From Andalucia godoyi And28 (lineage: Eukaryota; Protista; Jakobida): DNA of 64,000 bases. The stretch is taken from NCBI GenBank assembly GCA_009859145.1, contig VRVR01000025.1:69211-133210 (forward strand), given 5' to 3'. The notes under the pieces were generated by a model. It was given only the letters and a program-made list of their open reading frames with translations. It did no database searches and was not told the DNA's origin. Shown here one piece after another: positions 1-10,437 of the stretch (positions within the stretch are counted from its first letter, which is position 1; every line of letters starts with the position of its first letter). The translations under genes were made by a program, and so were the position numbers.

Positions 1-21
1 TGTGTGTGTGTGTGTGTGTGT

Positions 22-80
<59 letters not shown>
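1..80. repeat. (TG)n microsatellite
   Basis: Near-perfect TG dinucleotide run read directly; it explains the spurious MCVCV ORFs. Confidence 0.98.
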
Positions 81-82
<2 letters not shown>

Positions 83-131
83 TGACAAGAATGGTGGGTG
101 GGAGGATAGTATCATACATCTCAGAACCCGA

Positions 132-3100
132 TCACTGCTTCTTGGACGACGACGACGTGGCTTGCAAAAAGAATGGGCTCTGGAAGCAAGCCAGCTGCAA
201 GCGGCATTTGTATGCCGTGTCACGAAGCAGCGCCTCCTTCTTCTCCTTAAACGACGACTTGGAACCAGCCGACGATTTGCGTGGAACTTCGTCATCCGAG
301 AGCTTCCGAACCAGCTGGAAATTATGGTTAATGAGCGTCTTGAAATCCAAGACGTCTCGTAGAGACAGCCACAGAGATTGTGAGCGGTCAGACTGATAAT
401 TTGGACCAAGTGCACGCAGCAAAAACTCGACTTCCACCAACAACTGTGCTGCTCCTTGATCACTCATGCAATCAATGGATTGAGCAACATCCCAGAAAAT
501 TCCAAGGATATTGTCCACAAGATGTGGAAAAACGGATTTTGGATCGAGATTGAGGCGGGCAACCAACGCAAATACAGAAACAAGCTCCAACAGCAGTTCG
601 TGGACGTAGCTCCGAATTTCCGTTGGATCCTCTCTTCGTCGAGCATAGTCAAATCCATCCAGAATCACTCCCATGCGAATGAATGCGGACAGGCGGTTTG
701 TCTTTTTCTTCAAGAAGGACTTCAAAATCAACTCGTGCAGCGTTTCCAAAACAGGGACATATTCCGGTGTCGTCTGCGGAAAATCAATCTGCGAGAACAT
801 GCCGTGAGCTTGCGCCATAAAATGCGGCAGCGTTTCGTCGAGGAGCTGAGAACAGTGAGAAACCACAACGAGCCATCGTTCATCTTCCTCAGAATCCTCC
901 ATCATTATGCGAATCTTGTCATCATCGGTAGAAGCTGCTGCATCGCCAAAACCCGCATCATCACCGTTGATACCTTCAAGATTGAATGACGAATTCGAGG
1001 CACTCTCACCAATTCGGTCACCCTTGGTCGCTTCCAACTTTGGTGAGGTAGTGGCCTGCGGACCACTGCCGTCCGATCTCGCAGACTTGTCCAGCTGCAC
1101 TTTTGGAGAAACCAATTCTTGTTGCAGAACACGGTCTTCATCATTTTCGCGGACAAGGTCGACAGCCGTTTCCTCTTCCAGCATATCATTTTCTACCGGC
1201 GGAGGCGTGATCGAAGGGGACGGCGACGTCGAGCGACGAAGCGACACGCTCTTCACTTCCTGTGAAGATCCTTTGGTGTCTGCGATGGGAGCTGGCTGCT
1301 TGCCTCTGCGACGTGCAGATACACCGCCAGCTCCACGCAAACTCTTACCTTTCTCTTGCTGATCCGGCAAGAGAATAGGAGATTTTCCATCATTGGAAAA
1401 CCCAAATGACGACCGCGAAGTGCCGCTTCCCGATCGACGGTCTCTGCGTAGACGCGAAATTGTACCCGGCTCCTGCGTTCGGCCGAGGCCGGTCGTTTCC
1501 GGCGACACGGATCTACCGGAATTTTCGACGGTCCGAGGGCCTGGTCGAGAACTTGATCTGCCGTCGTTCTGTGCTGCATCGAGAATCTCTCGTTTCAGCA
1601 CGGAGTCGGAAGGCGGCGGCATGACCCTGTTGTACGGATGGTTGTTGTCTCCCGCAGAGTACCCGAGAACCGAGAGAGAAGGAAAAGCCGCATAATGCAG
1701 AACGTCTGCAAGTAACAGCGGCATCTCATTCAGGAAGATAACAATATGCAGCTGCAAAGCTTCGAGTTCCTCGCGCTTACCAACATGCTCAAGAACCTGC
1801 TGCGATTTGTTCAGCGACTGCATCATCCGCCGTTCAAACAACGACGGCCATTGGCGAAGGTCCGCCGGAGAATACAACATAGCAGAGACAACGTCCTGGG
1901 ACTCAGAAACGTTGGCAGTCAGTTCCGACACCAACCGGGATTTGATTTCTGCACTAACATTGAGACGATCAATCAATCGGACTGCGAACTGGCCACACCA
2001 TGAAGAGACCTCTGTCCGAGTTTGGCTGCATTTTCTCTTGACATACTCGACAGAGAGCTGTGCGACAGAGGACTTCAGTGGCTTCAGCACCGAAGCACCA
2101 ATCCCAGCCTGCTCCAGCCCACGAAGCGTGGCCGAGAGGAGCCGGATGCATTCAAGAGAGCACAATGCCTTAGAAACATACGTACTGATGACTGCCATCA
2201 CCCTCTTCGAAATTGTCTTCGACGGCTGCCCTTGGGCCTTGCCTACAATTTTCCAAGCAGTAGAGATTTTGTTCTGCATTGTCCACGAAAGCTTGGAGAA
2301 GTGTCGAAGATACAGTTTTTCCTCTTCCAATGGCATCCCGCCATCGTGAAATACGAGCTTTGCTTCTTTTCCTGAACCACCCGAATGCAGATGTGCCAGA
2401 GATGACTCGGAAGCTGACAGTGGCATGGAGGACTGCGCCTCGGGCTTTGAAGCCATAGAAGAAGCGACAGAAAGTTGTTGTACGGTTCCTGTCGACAACG
2501 AATGATGGATGGGCTTGTCCTTTGTGTCTTTGGAGGGGCCAACCACCAAAGAAACGGAGCTCAATAGCTGATCTACAGAGTCCAGCTGATGCTGCATAAA
2601 CAACTCTGCAGGATCGGGCTGCGAATCCAACACCCGAAGATTACGAATCAAACGCTCTGCTTCGGCTGCATCTGAAACCACGGCCAGCCGTCCTGCGAGG
2701 CCCTTTCGAACATTTTCAATGATGCTCTCCACATGGGCGATAACCTTGTCAAACACGTGCACTCCCTTCACAGACGAGACGAATGACTTTGCTTTTCTGT
2801 ACTCCAACGAAACACGGTCATAATCGCCCTTTGCAATATTCTGCTGCACTTCCACCGGCAATCTGAACAAGAAGCTGAACCGCTTCACCAGTAACAAGAC
2901 ATTTCGAATTCTGTCTGCCTGCGCCTTGCGCTCCAGCACTGGATTCAAAATCCTCTTTGCATCTGCCTCGACAAGCCCCATTTGCTCTGCAATGCCATCA
3001 ATGTCCACTCCCTTGAACGAATTCGTAGAAATTCCATCAATGGCAACTTTGCACTGCAGGAAAAGAGACAGATTGTCCTTGACCAATTTCTGCAGCGACA

Positions 3101-3566
3101 ACACCTGCGACTGTGTGGACTTTTCAAGTGTAATAAGCCCGGACTCCAAGTCATCCAGCGACGTCTGCTGATGAACGGTGCATAGAAACTCTACTGGATC
3201 AAATGACACCGAGCTCGCATCCGTTCTTGATCCTTGTTGCCGTCGTCCAACACCGTATTTCCCACCCAACGACTGACTTCGAGGCCGTTTTGCAATCTGC
3301 AATGGATCAAATTCTTCTTCTTGAAACGCAATGTCCACCACTGGAGATATGGTCGCCTGTGCTTGTGCCTGCGCCTGTGCCTGAGCCTCGGCCCTGTCCT
3401 TGTTCTGCAATTGCGACTGCGACTGCGACTGCGACTGTGATTGCGATTGCGACTGTGACGACTTTGCTGGATTGAAATGACCGGCAGACGGAACATACAA
3501 GGATGGATACCGTTCGGACATGTCCAACCACGACCGAGGCTCCTCCTCGTAGTAATCATCATCCAT
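132..3566 (-). CDS. SEC5: Exocyst complex component Sec5/EXOC2
   Basis: Long ORF; FDPVEFLCTVH...LQKLVKDNLSLFLQC segment matches the Sec5 domain. First ATG at 3566 (MDDDYY); N-terminal (SQ)n/(AQ)n repeats. Confidence 0.85.
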   Translation of the reverse strand: MDDDYYEEEPRSWLDMSERYPSLYVPSAGHFNPAKSSQSQSQSQSQSQSQSQLQNKDRAEAQAQAQAQAQATISPVVDIAFQEEEFDPLQIAKRPRSQSLGGKYGVGRRQQGSRTDASSVSFDPVEFLCTVHQQTSLDDLESGLITLEKSTQSQVLSLQKLVKDNLSLFLQCKVAIDGISTNSFKGVDIDGIAEQMGLVEADAKRILNPVLERKAQADRIRNVLLLVKRFSFLFRLPVEVQQNIAKGDYDRVSLEYRKAKSFVSSVKGVHVFDKVIAHVESIIENVRKGLAGRLAVVSDAAEAERLIRNLRVLDSQPDPAELFMQHQLDSVDQLLSSVSLVVGPSKDTKDKPIHHSLSTGTVQQLSVASSMASKPEAQSSMPLSASESSLAHLHSGGSGKEAKLVFHDGGMPLEEEKLYLRHFSKLSWTMQNKISTAWKIVGKAQGQPSKTISKRVMAVISTYVSKALCSLECIRLLSATLRGLEQAGIGASVLKPLKSSVAQLSVEYVKRKCSQTRTEVSSWCGQFAVRLIDRLNVSAEIKSRLVSELTANVSESQDVVSAMLYSPADLRQWPSLFERRMMQSLNKSQQVLEHVGKREELEALQLHIVIFLNEMPLLLADVLHYAAFPSLSVLGYSAGDNNHPYNRVMPPPSDSVLKREILDAAQNDGRSSSRPGPRTVENSGRSVSPETTGLGRTQEPGTISRLRRDRRSGSGTSRSSFGFSNDGKSPILLPDQQEKGKSLRGAGGVSARRRGKQPAPIADTKGSSQEVKSVSLRRSTSPSPSITPPPVENDMLEEETAVDLVRENDEDRVLQQELVSPKVQLDKSARSDGSGPQATTSPKLEATKGDRIGESASNSSFNLEGINGDDAGFGDAAASTDDDKIRIMMEDSEEDERWLVVVSHCSQLLDETLPHFMAQAHGMFSQIDFPQTTPEYVPVLETLHELILKSFLKKKTNRLSAFIRMGVILDGFDYARRREDPTEIRSYVHELLLELVSVFALVARLNLDPKSVFPHLVDNILGIFWDVAQSIDCMSDQGAAQLLVEVEFLLRALGPNYQSDRSQSLWLSLRDVLDFKTLINHNFQLVRKLSDDEVPRKSSAGSKSSFKEKKEALLRDTAYKCRLQLACFQSPFFLQATSSSSKKQ

Positions 3567-3966
3567 CTTGCACAATTACCCAAATATTAAAGTAAATTGT
3601 AATAACAATATTACTTTTTAAATTTTCTTTATTAAAATAAAAATAAAAAAATCCAAATAAAAAAAAATACCAGAATGAAATCAATTAATGGAAAGGGAAA
3701 AGGAAAACAAAACCAAAGGGAAATTCGATACACCTTTCACTTTTTGCACCAGTTTTCATTAAACGAAAGCATCAAAGCATCAAAAATGACTTGAAAAGGA
3801 AAAGCTTGCAAGCGAGCCTCGAGCTTTGAAGTGTCTGCGCTTTTCTCTTTCTTTCTGCTCTGTTTTGTTTTGTTTTGTTTTGTTTTTTTCATTTTTTACG
3901 AAAGCAGGAGCAAAGGGACAGAGCAAGAAGGGAGATGAAAAATTGAGAAGAAGAAAAAAATTCGCC

Positions 3967-5304
3967 ATGGGTACAGCACAAAAAGGCGGAAATGGAAGCA
4001 TTGGACTTGTTGTACTTGGAGATATGGGAAGGTCTCCGCGCATGCAATATCACGCAGTTGAGTTTTTGAAGCGTGGGTTTGATGTTCACATGATTGGCTA
4101 TTGTGGATCGGATTTTCCCACGGCGCTGTCGCAGAATCGTGGGTTTCATCCACACGCGCTGCAACCCTTTCCTTCTTATTTGGATCAACGGCTGCCGTAT
4201 GTGGTCAAAGCACCCTTGAAGGCAATGTGGCTATTCGTGGTGCTGCTGGTGGCGCTGTTCACGAATCTGGTGCTGAAGTATCGACCTCGGTTGGTGCTGA
4301 TTCAAAACCCGCCGGCGATTCCATCGATTTTTTGCACCGTCTTGATCTGTCGCTTGTTCCTGTGGAAGACAAAAGTATGGATAGATTGGCACAACCTGGC
4401 ACACACTCTGACTCCTCCGAAGTTGGCCGCGCTTGCAATGATCACTGAATACTGGTGCGCTGGCTTTGCGGATTTGCATATTTGCGTGACGAATGCATTG
4501 CAAACACACGTCGAGCATGCTCTTCCCTTGTATTCTGTAAGCCGTAGTGTATGCTGTTTTTCAATGTTCAAAAAACACAAACAGCCCGTCTCTGCGAAGA
4601 AGCTGGAAGTCGTCGTACTTCACGATCGCCCTGCAGATCGCTTCCAACCAGTTGTGTTGTCAGCAGAGAGGATTTCTATTCGACGTCGGATTGTTCCGAG
4701 CGTGGAGTGGAAAACCAGCACCGTGCTCGTCGTTTCAGGCACCTCGTGGACTCCCGACGAGGATTTCTCCATCTTGCTCAACGCAATCTCGGGGCTTGAT
4801 TTGATGCTTCAGGAATGGAGCACGAGCGCTGCAATGACGTCAAGCAGGTTGCATTTTGTATTTGCCATCACTGGAAAGGGCCCTTTGAAGTCGTTCTATC
4901 AGGAGAAGATTCGCCAAATGGACTTCCAGTTCTGCACCGTTCTGACGTTGTGGCTCGCGGCGGACGACTATCCCAGCCTCCTGGCCAGTGCGGATCTCGG
5001 GGTGTGCCTGCACACGTCCTCCTCTGGACTTGACCTTCCCATGAAGGTTTTGGATATGTTTGGCTCGGGCATCCCTGCGCTAGCTGTTCATTACGACTGC
5101 CTGTCTGAACTGGTGAAGCACGGCCATAATGGGCTGGAGTTTTCCGACTGGGCCGATCTTCGTGACAGGCTGTTCAGTTTGTTTGTCGATAATCCTGCGG
5201 CTCTCCAAGAGATGACCGCGTACGTGCGGAACGTCGAGACACAAAGTCGATTTCCTCAAGAATGGGAGACCTCGGTGGGCGCCTTGCTCCCTAACGTCTC
5301 TTGA
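3967..5304 (+). CDS. ALG1: Chitobiosyldiphosphodolichol beta-mannosyltransferase
   Basis: VVLGDMGRSPRMQYHA, QNPPAIP, DWHN, SGTSWTPDEDF and HTSSSGLDLPMKVLDMFG motifs. Possible in-frame intron at 4537-4584. Confidence 0.95.
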   Translation: MGTAQKGGNGSIGLVVLGDMGRSPRMQYHAVEFLKRGFDVHMIGYCGSDFPTALSQNRGFHPHALQPFPSYLDQRLPYVVKAPLKAMWLFVVLLVALFTNLVLKYRPRLVLIQNPPAIPSIFCTVLICRLFLWKTKVWIDWHNLAHTLTPPKLAALAMITEYWCAGFADLHICVTNALQTHVEHALPLYSVSRSVCCFSMFKKHKQPVSAKKLEVVVLHDRPADRFQPVVLSAERISIRRRIVPSVEWKTSTVLVVSGTSWTPDEDFSILLNAISGLDLMLQEWSTSAAMTSSRLHFVFAITGKGPLKSFYQEKIRQMDFQFCTVLTLWLAADDYPSLLASADLGVCLHTSSSGLDLPMKVLDMFGSGIPALAVHYDCLSELVKHGHNGLEFSDWADLRDRLFSLFVDNPAALQEMTAYVRNVETQSRFPQEWETSVGALLPNVS

Positions 5305-5884
5305 ACAGGAGGGCTGCAAGCACGTCGATTTTATCTTTTTTTCAATTTTTTATTATTATTATTATTTTTCCCCCTCCCTTCCTTTAAAATTTTCTTTTAT
5401 CTTTTACTCGTTTGTATCCACTTTTTCCTACATCTGTAAATCGTGAGTGGCATCCTAGCCCCTCGCCAAAACACGAATCATTCTTGATCATCGGCTAAGA
5501 TGTCACAGAAATCAGATACCAGCGACATGTGTCTTGTTTTTGATTTGGTGATCGTCGTCATCCATAATTCGAATTTTTGTTGCGAATCAGTCGCTCTCGG
5601 GGCCCCTTGGACGACTGATTTGCAGGATCGATTTGCTTGCAGCATTTTTGCAATCATACCAATTAAAAACGAATTAGAGATTGGTGCAGTGCATCGCAGG
5701 CGCGCGCGGGAAGCATCTGCTCAAGTGACTCGTGTCACGGAGAAACAGCACTCACTATCGAATATTGTCGAAATAGTACAAAACGAGAGTCGCGAAAGAT
5801 CAGAGCGTTTTTCTTTTTCCTTTCTATTGTTTTCTCATTCTGTGATTTATTAAACCTCTCCTTTCTTCTTCTTTTTGCGCCACG

Positions 5885-8800
5885 ATGTTATCATTTCATG
5901 AGCAAATTATAGCTGAAGTGAGTGCAGAAGATGGGCTTCTTGTTCTTGGCCGCGGCTTAGGGCTGGACAGCATTCTGCTGCATTTTCTCAAGGTTCATGC
6001 CCGGAATCCATCACTTGTATTTTTGATGAACATCTCTCAGGAGGAGGAACAGTATCTTGTGGACGAGCTTGCGGCATGCGGTATTTCTCCACTGCCTAGA
6101 GTCATTTCATCGGACTTCAGCGCCGACGAGCGTGTGATGCTGTACAGACAAGGCGGATGTCTGATCGTTACTTCGAGAATCCTGGTTGTGGATTTGCTGC
6201 ATCAGCGAATTCCCCCTTCGCTGCTTGGCGGTATATTGGTCTACCACGCTCACCAAGTGACGCCCGGATCAAACGAAGCATTTGTACTGAGACTCTTTCG
6301 TCAGCAGGCCCCGAGAAATGCGTTCGTAAAGGCATTCACAGACAGCCCGGAGAGTTTTTTGCACGGGTTTGCAAAGGTTCCTAAAGTGCTGGGCTCGCTT
6401 TGCGTCTCGAAGCTGTACTTGTGGCCTCGGTTTCACGCTGTTGTCTCCGATTCTCTCGAAAAACACACACCCGAAGTCGTCGAGATTACTTGCCAACTCA
6501 CACCTCGAATGCAGCGGATTCAAAAGGCGATCCTCGATACGATAGTTGCCGTTATTGACGAAGTGAAGTCTATGAACAAGTCTCTGGATATTGCAGAGGT
6601 CACTTTGGAAAATGCATTGCACAAATCTTTTGATACTTTGATTCGCATGCAATTGGATCCGATATGGCACTCGGTCAGCTCCAAAACCAAGGCACTGGTG
6701 TCCGACATAGCGTCTCTGCGAAAGCTTCTGGACTACCTAATTCGGTATGATTGCGTTACATTTTACAGATTCTTAGAGGTTTTGCGTTCGCAGAAGCCTC
6801 TGTGGATGTTCAGCAAGGATGCAAACAGGATATTTGAGCAAGCCCGAGATCGTTTGTTTCGCTTGAAGAAGAAGAAGCCAGCAGAGAGCATATCCTTGAA
6901 GCCTGCCAAGACAGAGATTTCGAACACACTCAAAACTGCAATGGAAGAAACAGAAGAATTGGACAGGCAAGACGACGAGCGGGATTTCGAGATCCAGCTT
7001 GTCCTGGAAGAGAATCCGAAATGGGGACTATTGAATGAGGTGATGAAGGAGATTGCAGAAGAGACCCGACGTATTTTATCTGCCTCTCAGCCTGCACCAA
7101 TCGGCACTACGTCAATGAACGTAGATAGAGTTTACGAAGACGAAGACGATGACGGTGATGATGGGGGCGACGAGGACGAGCCTGCGAGCCAGTGTGGCGC
7201 TGCAGACTTTGTGCAATCCGCGAAACTCTCAAATGGCTGCGGTCATGCCGGCCAGAAGCATCCAGGCTCTTCTTCCTGCTGCGCTGCATCGTCGTCATCT
7301 GCCGTGGTGCCGCCCCCAAAGAAGAAGCGCAAAGTCATTTTCACTGATTCAAGTGCGTCCAATTCTGTCATTGCGGTGCACGACGAACGCGCTGTTATGT
7401 TTTTGGAGGACATTCTTGGTGCCAGTCCTCTCAGCTTAGAGTTGAATATGAAGAAGCATCCGTACTTGGTCCGGGAGTTTCATCGATGGCTCAGGAGCCG
7501 GAAACGATCTCGAGCGATGCCTTCGGAGTCGTCTTCTGGAAGCAGGACGTTTGATCAGGAGAGGGAAGCTCTGCTGAAGCACTTTGTGAAGGGACGCGTG
7601 AACAACAAGGCAGATGCTTATGTGAAATCAAGACGCATTGCGTCGTCGTCCTCTTCATCATCGTCGTCCTTTTCATCATCGTTGTCCACTTCCTCGCTGG
7701 ACAGCATTGGTCAGCTTTTTCAAACAAGTGAGGAATCTGCTCTTGAGCAGCTCCTCGATCGCCTGGAATCGAATTCCGCGGCTGATCGTGAAAAACGGAG
7801 GAACCGAATCGCAAACCAAGTGTCGAAGGAAATTTCCAACCTCGAGAAGAAGATCCAATCCGAAAAGGAAAAACTGCGAAAGCTGCACGGTGTGTTGGAA
7901 AATAGTACTGCTGTTCCTTTCGCAGAGGATCTTGAGAAAAGTTTTGCAAAGTTGGAGAATCGTCGAAGAAAGCTTGTGCGAGAAATTGAGATCAAGTACT
8001 CGATCGTCTTGGAGGAACAAGAGGAAAGTTCTCGTTCAATCTCGGAGGATTCCGTCATCGAATTTATGGACTCGTTTTCGGTCTTGCAGCCAGCGCAGTC
8101 GCATGTTATCATTCCCATGTCCGGACATGGCCACTTGACTCAGGGGCTGGATGCGATACGACCACATTTTATTGTCATGATGGATCCCGATGTTACGCTT
8201 ATTCGCCACATTGAGATTTTCAAAGCCCAGCACCCCGGATTTCCGCTCCGCGTCTATTTCTTGGTGTATGCACAATCCGTCGAGCATCAGAGGTATCTGA
8301 CTTCGCTTCGACGCGAACAGCAAGCGTTTGAAATGCTTATTTGGGAAAAGAGCAATCTTGTGATTCCTTCCCACCCGACTCCTACCACATCTCTGGTGCA
8401 CGTCGCAGTGTCGTCCAGTGCACTCTCGCTCTCATCACGAGAAGGAGGATCAGGAATATCAGAGTCTTCCCTTGGCCGATCCAAGATTCTGATTGATTTG
8501 CGCGAGTTTCGGAGTGCTCTACCGTCCATTCTGCATCAGCGAACATCTAAAATTGTCCCCCTTACCTTGGAAATTGGTGACTACATCCTGTCTCCGGAGA
8601 TATGCGTCGAAAGAAAAAGCATTACCGACTTGTTTCAATCTTTAAACAGTGGTCGGCTTTACAATCAAGCTGAGTCTATGGGGCGCTACTACAAGATCCC
8701 TGTGCTGTTGATCGAGTTCGATGAAGATCGTGCATTTGCGTTGCAGAGTGTGTCGGATCTCATGGACCGAGAGTTATCCGCGACCAATATTTTGTCGAAA

Positions 8801-9250
8801 ATCTCGATTCTTGTTATGCACCACCCGCGGCTTCGAATTCTGTGGTCCAAGTCTACACACATGACTGCAGATGCGTTCCTGGCTTTGAAAACGAACCACG
8901 AAGAGCCGAATGAAGCCGAAGCGGCCTCCAAAGGCATTGACGACGGGTCTGGAACTGGTTCGGCTGCCTCTTCCGCGTCTGTGTCAGTGAGTGGCGTTGT
9001 TGCAAATCCGCTGCGACTGGCTTCCGGAGGATCGGCCTCGAAACTGGATGCGCTTGTTACGAACGAAACGTACTCGGATGCAATCGACCTCTTGAAGAAG
9101 CTGCCGGGTGTGACGCACCATAACGTGCGGTCGATTATGAGCAAATACGAATGCTTGTTTGATCTTTTCCATGCTCCTGAAGAGGATCTTGTCGCACTGC
9201 TCGGCTCTGCGAACGGTGCCAAGCTGCACAAGTTCATCAACCAGGATTAA
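5885..9250 (+). CDS. ERCC4: DNA repair endonuclease XPF/Rad1
   Basis: N-terminal helicase-like region (LYLWPRFH), nuclease motifs IDLREFRS, GDYILSPEICVERKS and DLFQSLNSGRL, and C-terminal HhH (LKKLPGV). Confidence 0.95.
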   Translation: MLSFHEQIIAEVSAEDGLLVLGRGLGLDSILLHFLKVHARNPSLVFLMNISQEEEQYLVDELAACGISPLPRVISSDFSADERVMLYRQGGCLIVTSRILVVDLLHQRIPPSLLGGILVYHAHQVTPGSNEAFVLRLFRQQAPRNAFVKAFTDSPESFLHGFAKVPKVLGSLCVSKLYLWPRFHAVVSDSLEKHTPEVVEITCQLTPRMQRIQKAILDTIVAVIDEVKSMNKSLDIAEVTLENALHKSFDTLIRMQLDPIWHSVSSKTKALVSDIASLRKLLDYLIRYDCVTFYRFLEVLRSQKPLWMFSKDANRIFEQARDRLFRLKKKKPAESISLKPAKTEISNTLKTAMEETEELDRQDDERDFEIQLVLEENPKWGLLNEVMKEIAEETRRILSASQPAPIGTTSMNVDRVYEDEDDDGDDGGDEDEPASQCGAADFVQSAKLSNGCGHAGQKHPGSSSCCAASSSSAVVPPPKKKRKVIFTDSSASNSVIAVHDERAVMFLEDILGASPLSLELNMKKHPYLVREFHRWLRSRKRSRAMPSESSSGSRTFDQEREALLKHFVKGRVNNKADAYVKSRRIASSSSSSSSSFSSSLSTSSLDSIGQLFQTSEESALEQLLDRLESNSAADREKRRNRIANQVSKEISNLEKKIQSEKEKLRKLHGVLENSTAVPFAEDLEKSFAKLENRRRKLVREIEIKYSIVLEEQEESSRSISEDSVIEFMDSFSVLQPAQSHVIIPMSGHGHLTQGLDAIRPHFIVMMDPDVTLIRHIEIFKAQHPGFPLRVYFLVYAQSVEHQRYLTSLRREQQAFEMLIWEKSNLVIPSHPTPTTSLVHVAVSSSALSLSSREGGSGISESSLGRSKILIDLREFRSALPSILHQRTSKIVPLTLEIGDYILSPEICVERKSITDLFQSLNSGRLYNQAESMGRYYKIPVLLIEFDEDRAFALQSVSDLMDRELSATNILSKISILVMHHPRLRILWSKSTHMTADAFLALKTNHEEPNEAEAASKGIDDGSGTGSAASSASVSVSGVVANPLRLASGGSASKLDALVTNETYSDAIDLLKKLPGVTHHNVRSIMSKYECLFDLFHAPEEDLVALLGSANGAKLHKFINQD

Positions 9251-9372
9251 GGCGGACTGCAGCAAATTGCTGAAGCTACGTTTTGACCCTTCTTTATTGT
9301 TAGAGTTGTGAATCGGCAAACACGCTGCAGATGCAAGAGGCGAAGCCATGAGCCCCTTCCCGCTCTTCGGTT

Positions 9373-9936
9373 TTAGGAAGACTGGCTGCGGATTTTCTTG
9401 ATTTCCTCAAGAGTCTTGGAAACATGGTCGGAAAACGACATTTGTGAATTGAAGACGTACGCAACCTTGCCCTCTGCGTTAATCAGGTACGTAACTCGCC
9501 CAGGGATCATTCCAAACATGGAGCTCGGAACTCCGAATTCCTTGCGCGTCTTTCCGCCCTCATCTGCCAGCAGCGGGTACTGGAGACGATGCTTGGACTT
9601 GAACTTGTTCTGTGCATCCACTGAGTCCGACGAAATCCCAATCACAACCGCACCAGCATCCACAAAGTCCTGGTACGAGTCCCGGAACGCGCATGCTTCC
9701 TTTGTGCAACTAGCCGCCTCTCGGCATCATTCGTAAGTCATTACTGTCTGGAACGCCACAAATCACGAATCGGGAAAAGTGGAAAAGGTGGAAAACCCAT
9801 ACCCGAAAGTGTCCGCTTTGGGATAAAAGAACAAAACGACTGGTTTTCCTCGGAATTGGGACAGTGTCACGGTTTCTCCGGCTTCGGTCTTGAGCGAAAA
9901 GTCTGGTGCGGCGTCGCCGGCTTTGATTTCCGTCAT
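9373..9936 (-). CDS. Peroxiredoxin Q/BCP-type thioredoxin peroxidase (2 exons; intron 9710-9802)
   Basis: A GTATG...CTAG intron joins FFYPKADTFG to CTKEACAFRD, restoring the CxxxxC motif. Confidence 0.9.
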
Positions 9937-10437
9937 TGCAACTCGTAGATTGTCTCTTTTTTTAAAAATTTCAGGTCGATGTTGGAATGAAAGATGCAAA
10001 ACTTGGTTGAAAAGAGGAGGGGAAACAATCAGAATAGGGAAGGAAAAGAAAAAAAAAGAGAGGCAGAATTTCAAGAGAAGCGCTTGAACACAAAAAGAAA
10101 AGCCGCAAGTGAAAAAAAAGCCATGGTGCCGCTTTTGACAGGAGTCGACAGCAGTCTACCAATGCTTTTCGAAGAAGTCCAAGCATCAAGTCTGACCTGA
10201 CCGGCAATCCCTGCTGCATCGATTTTTTTTTAATTATTATAATAAAAACTGTACATATTGTATTTTGGCGTTTGTTTTCCAGCATCTTTCTTCTTCTGCT
10301 GTTGTTTTGCAATCGTGAATGGTGCTCGATTGCTTGGCTCTTTACTGTTAAACTTCTTTACGTGTTTCTTTTTTCTTCTTATTTTTCTTTGGTTGTTTTT
10401 GTTTTGGCGGGTGATCAAAAGAGGAGGAGGACTGAAG

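Noticed and set aside
4-396. ORFs MCVCVC... at the window start and similar ORFs at 17360-17688 and 17977-18399
   Set aside because: Translations of microsatellites or antisense to real genes.
4979-4989. 11-nt match (TCCTGGCCAGT) to the copy-A guide inside ALG1
   Set aside because: Only 11 nt, not preceded by CCG, and plausible by chance in a 64-kb window.
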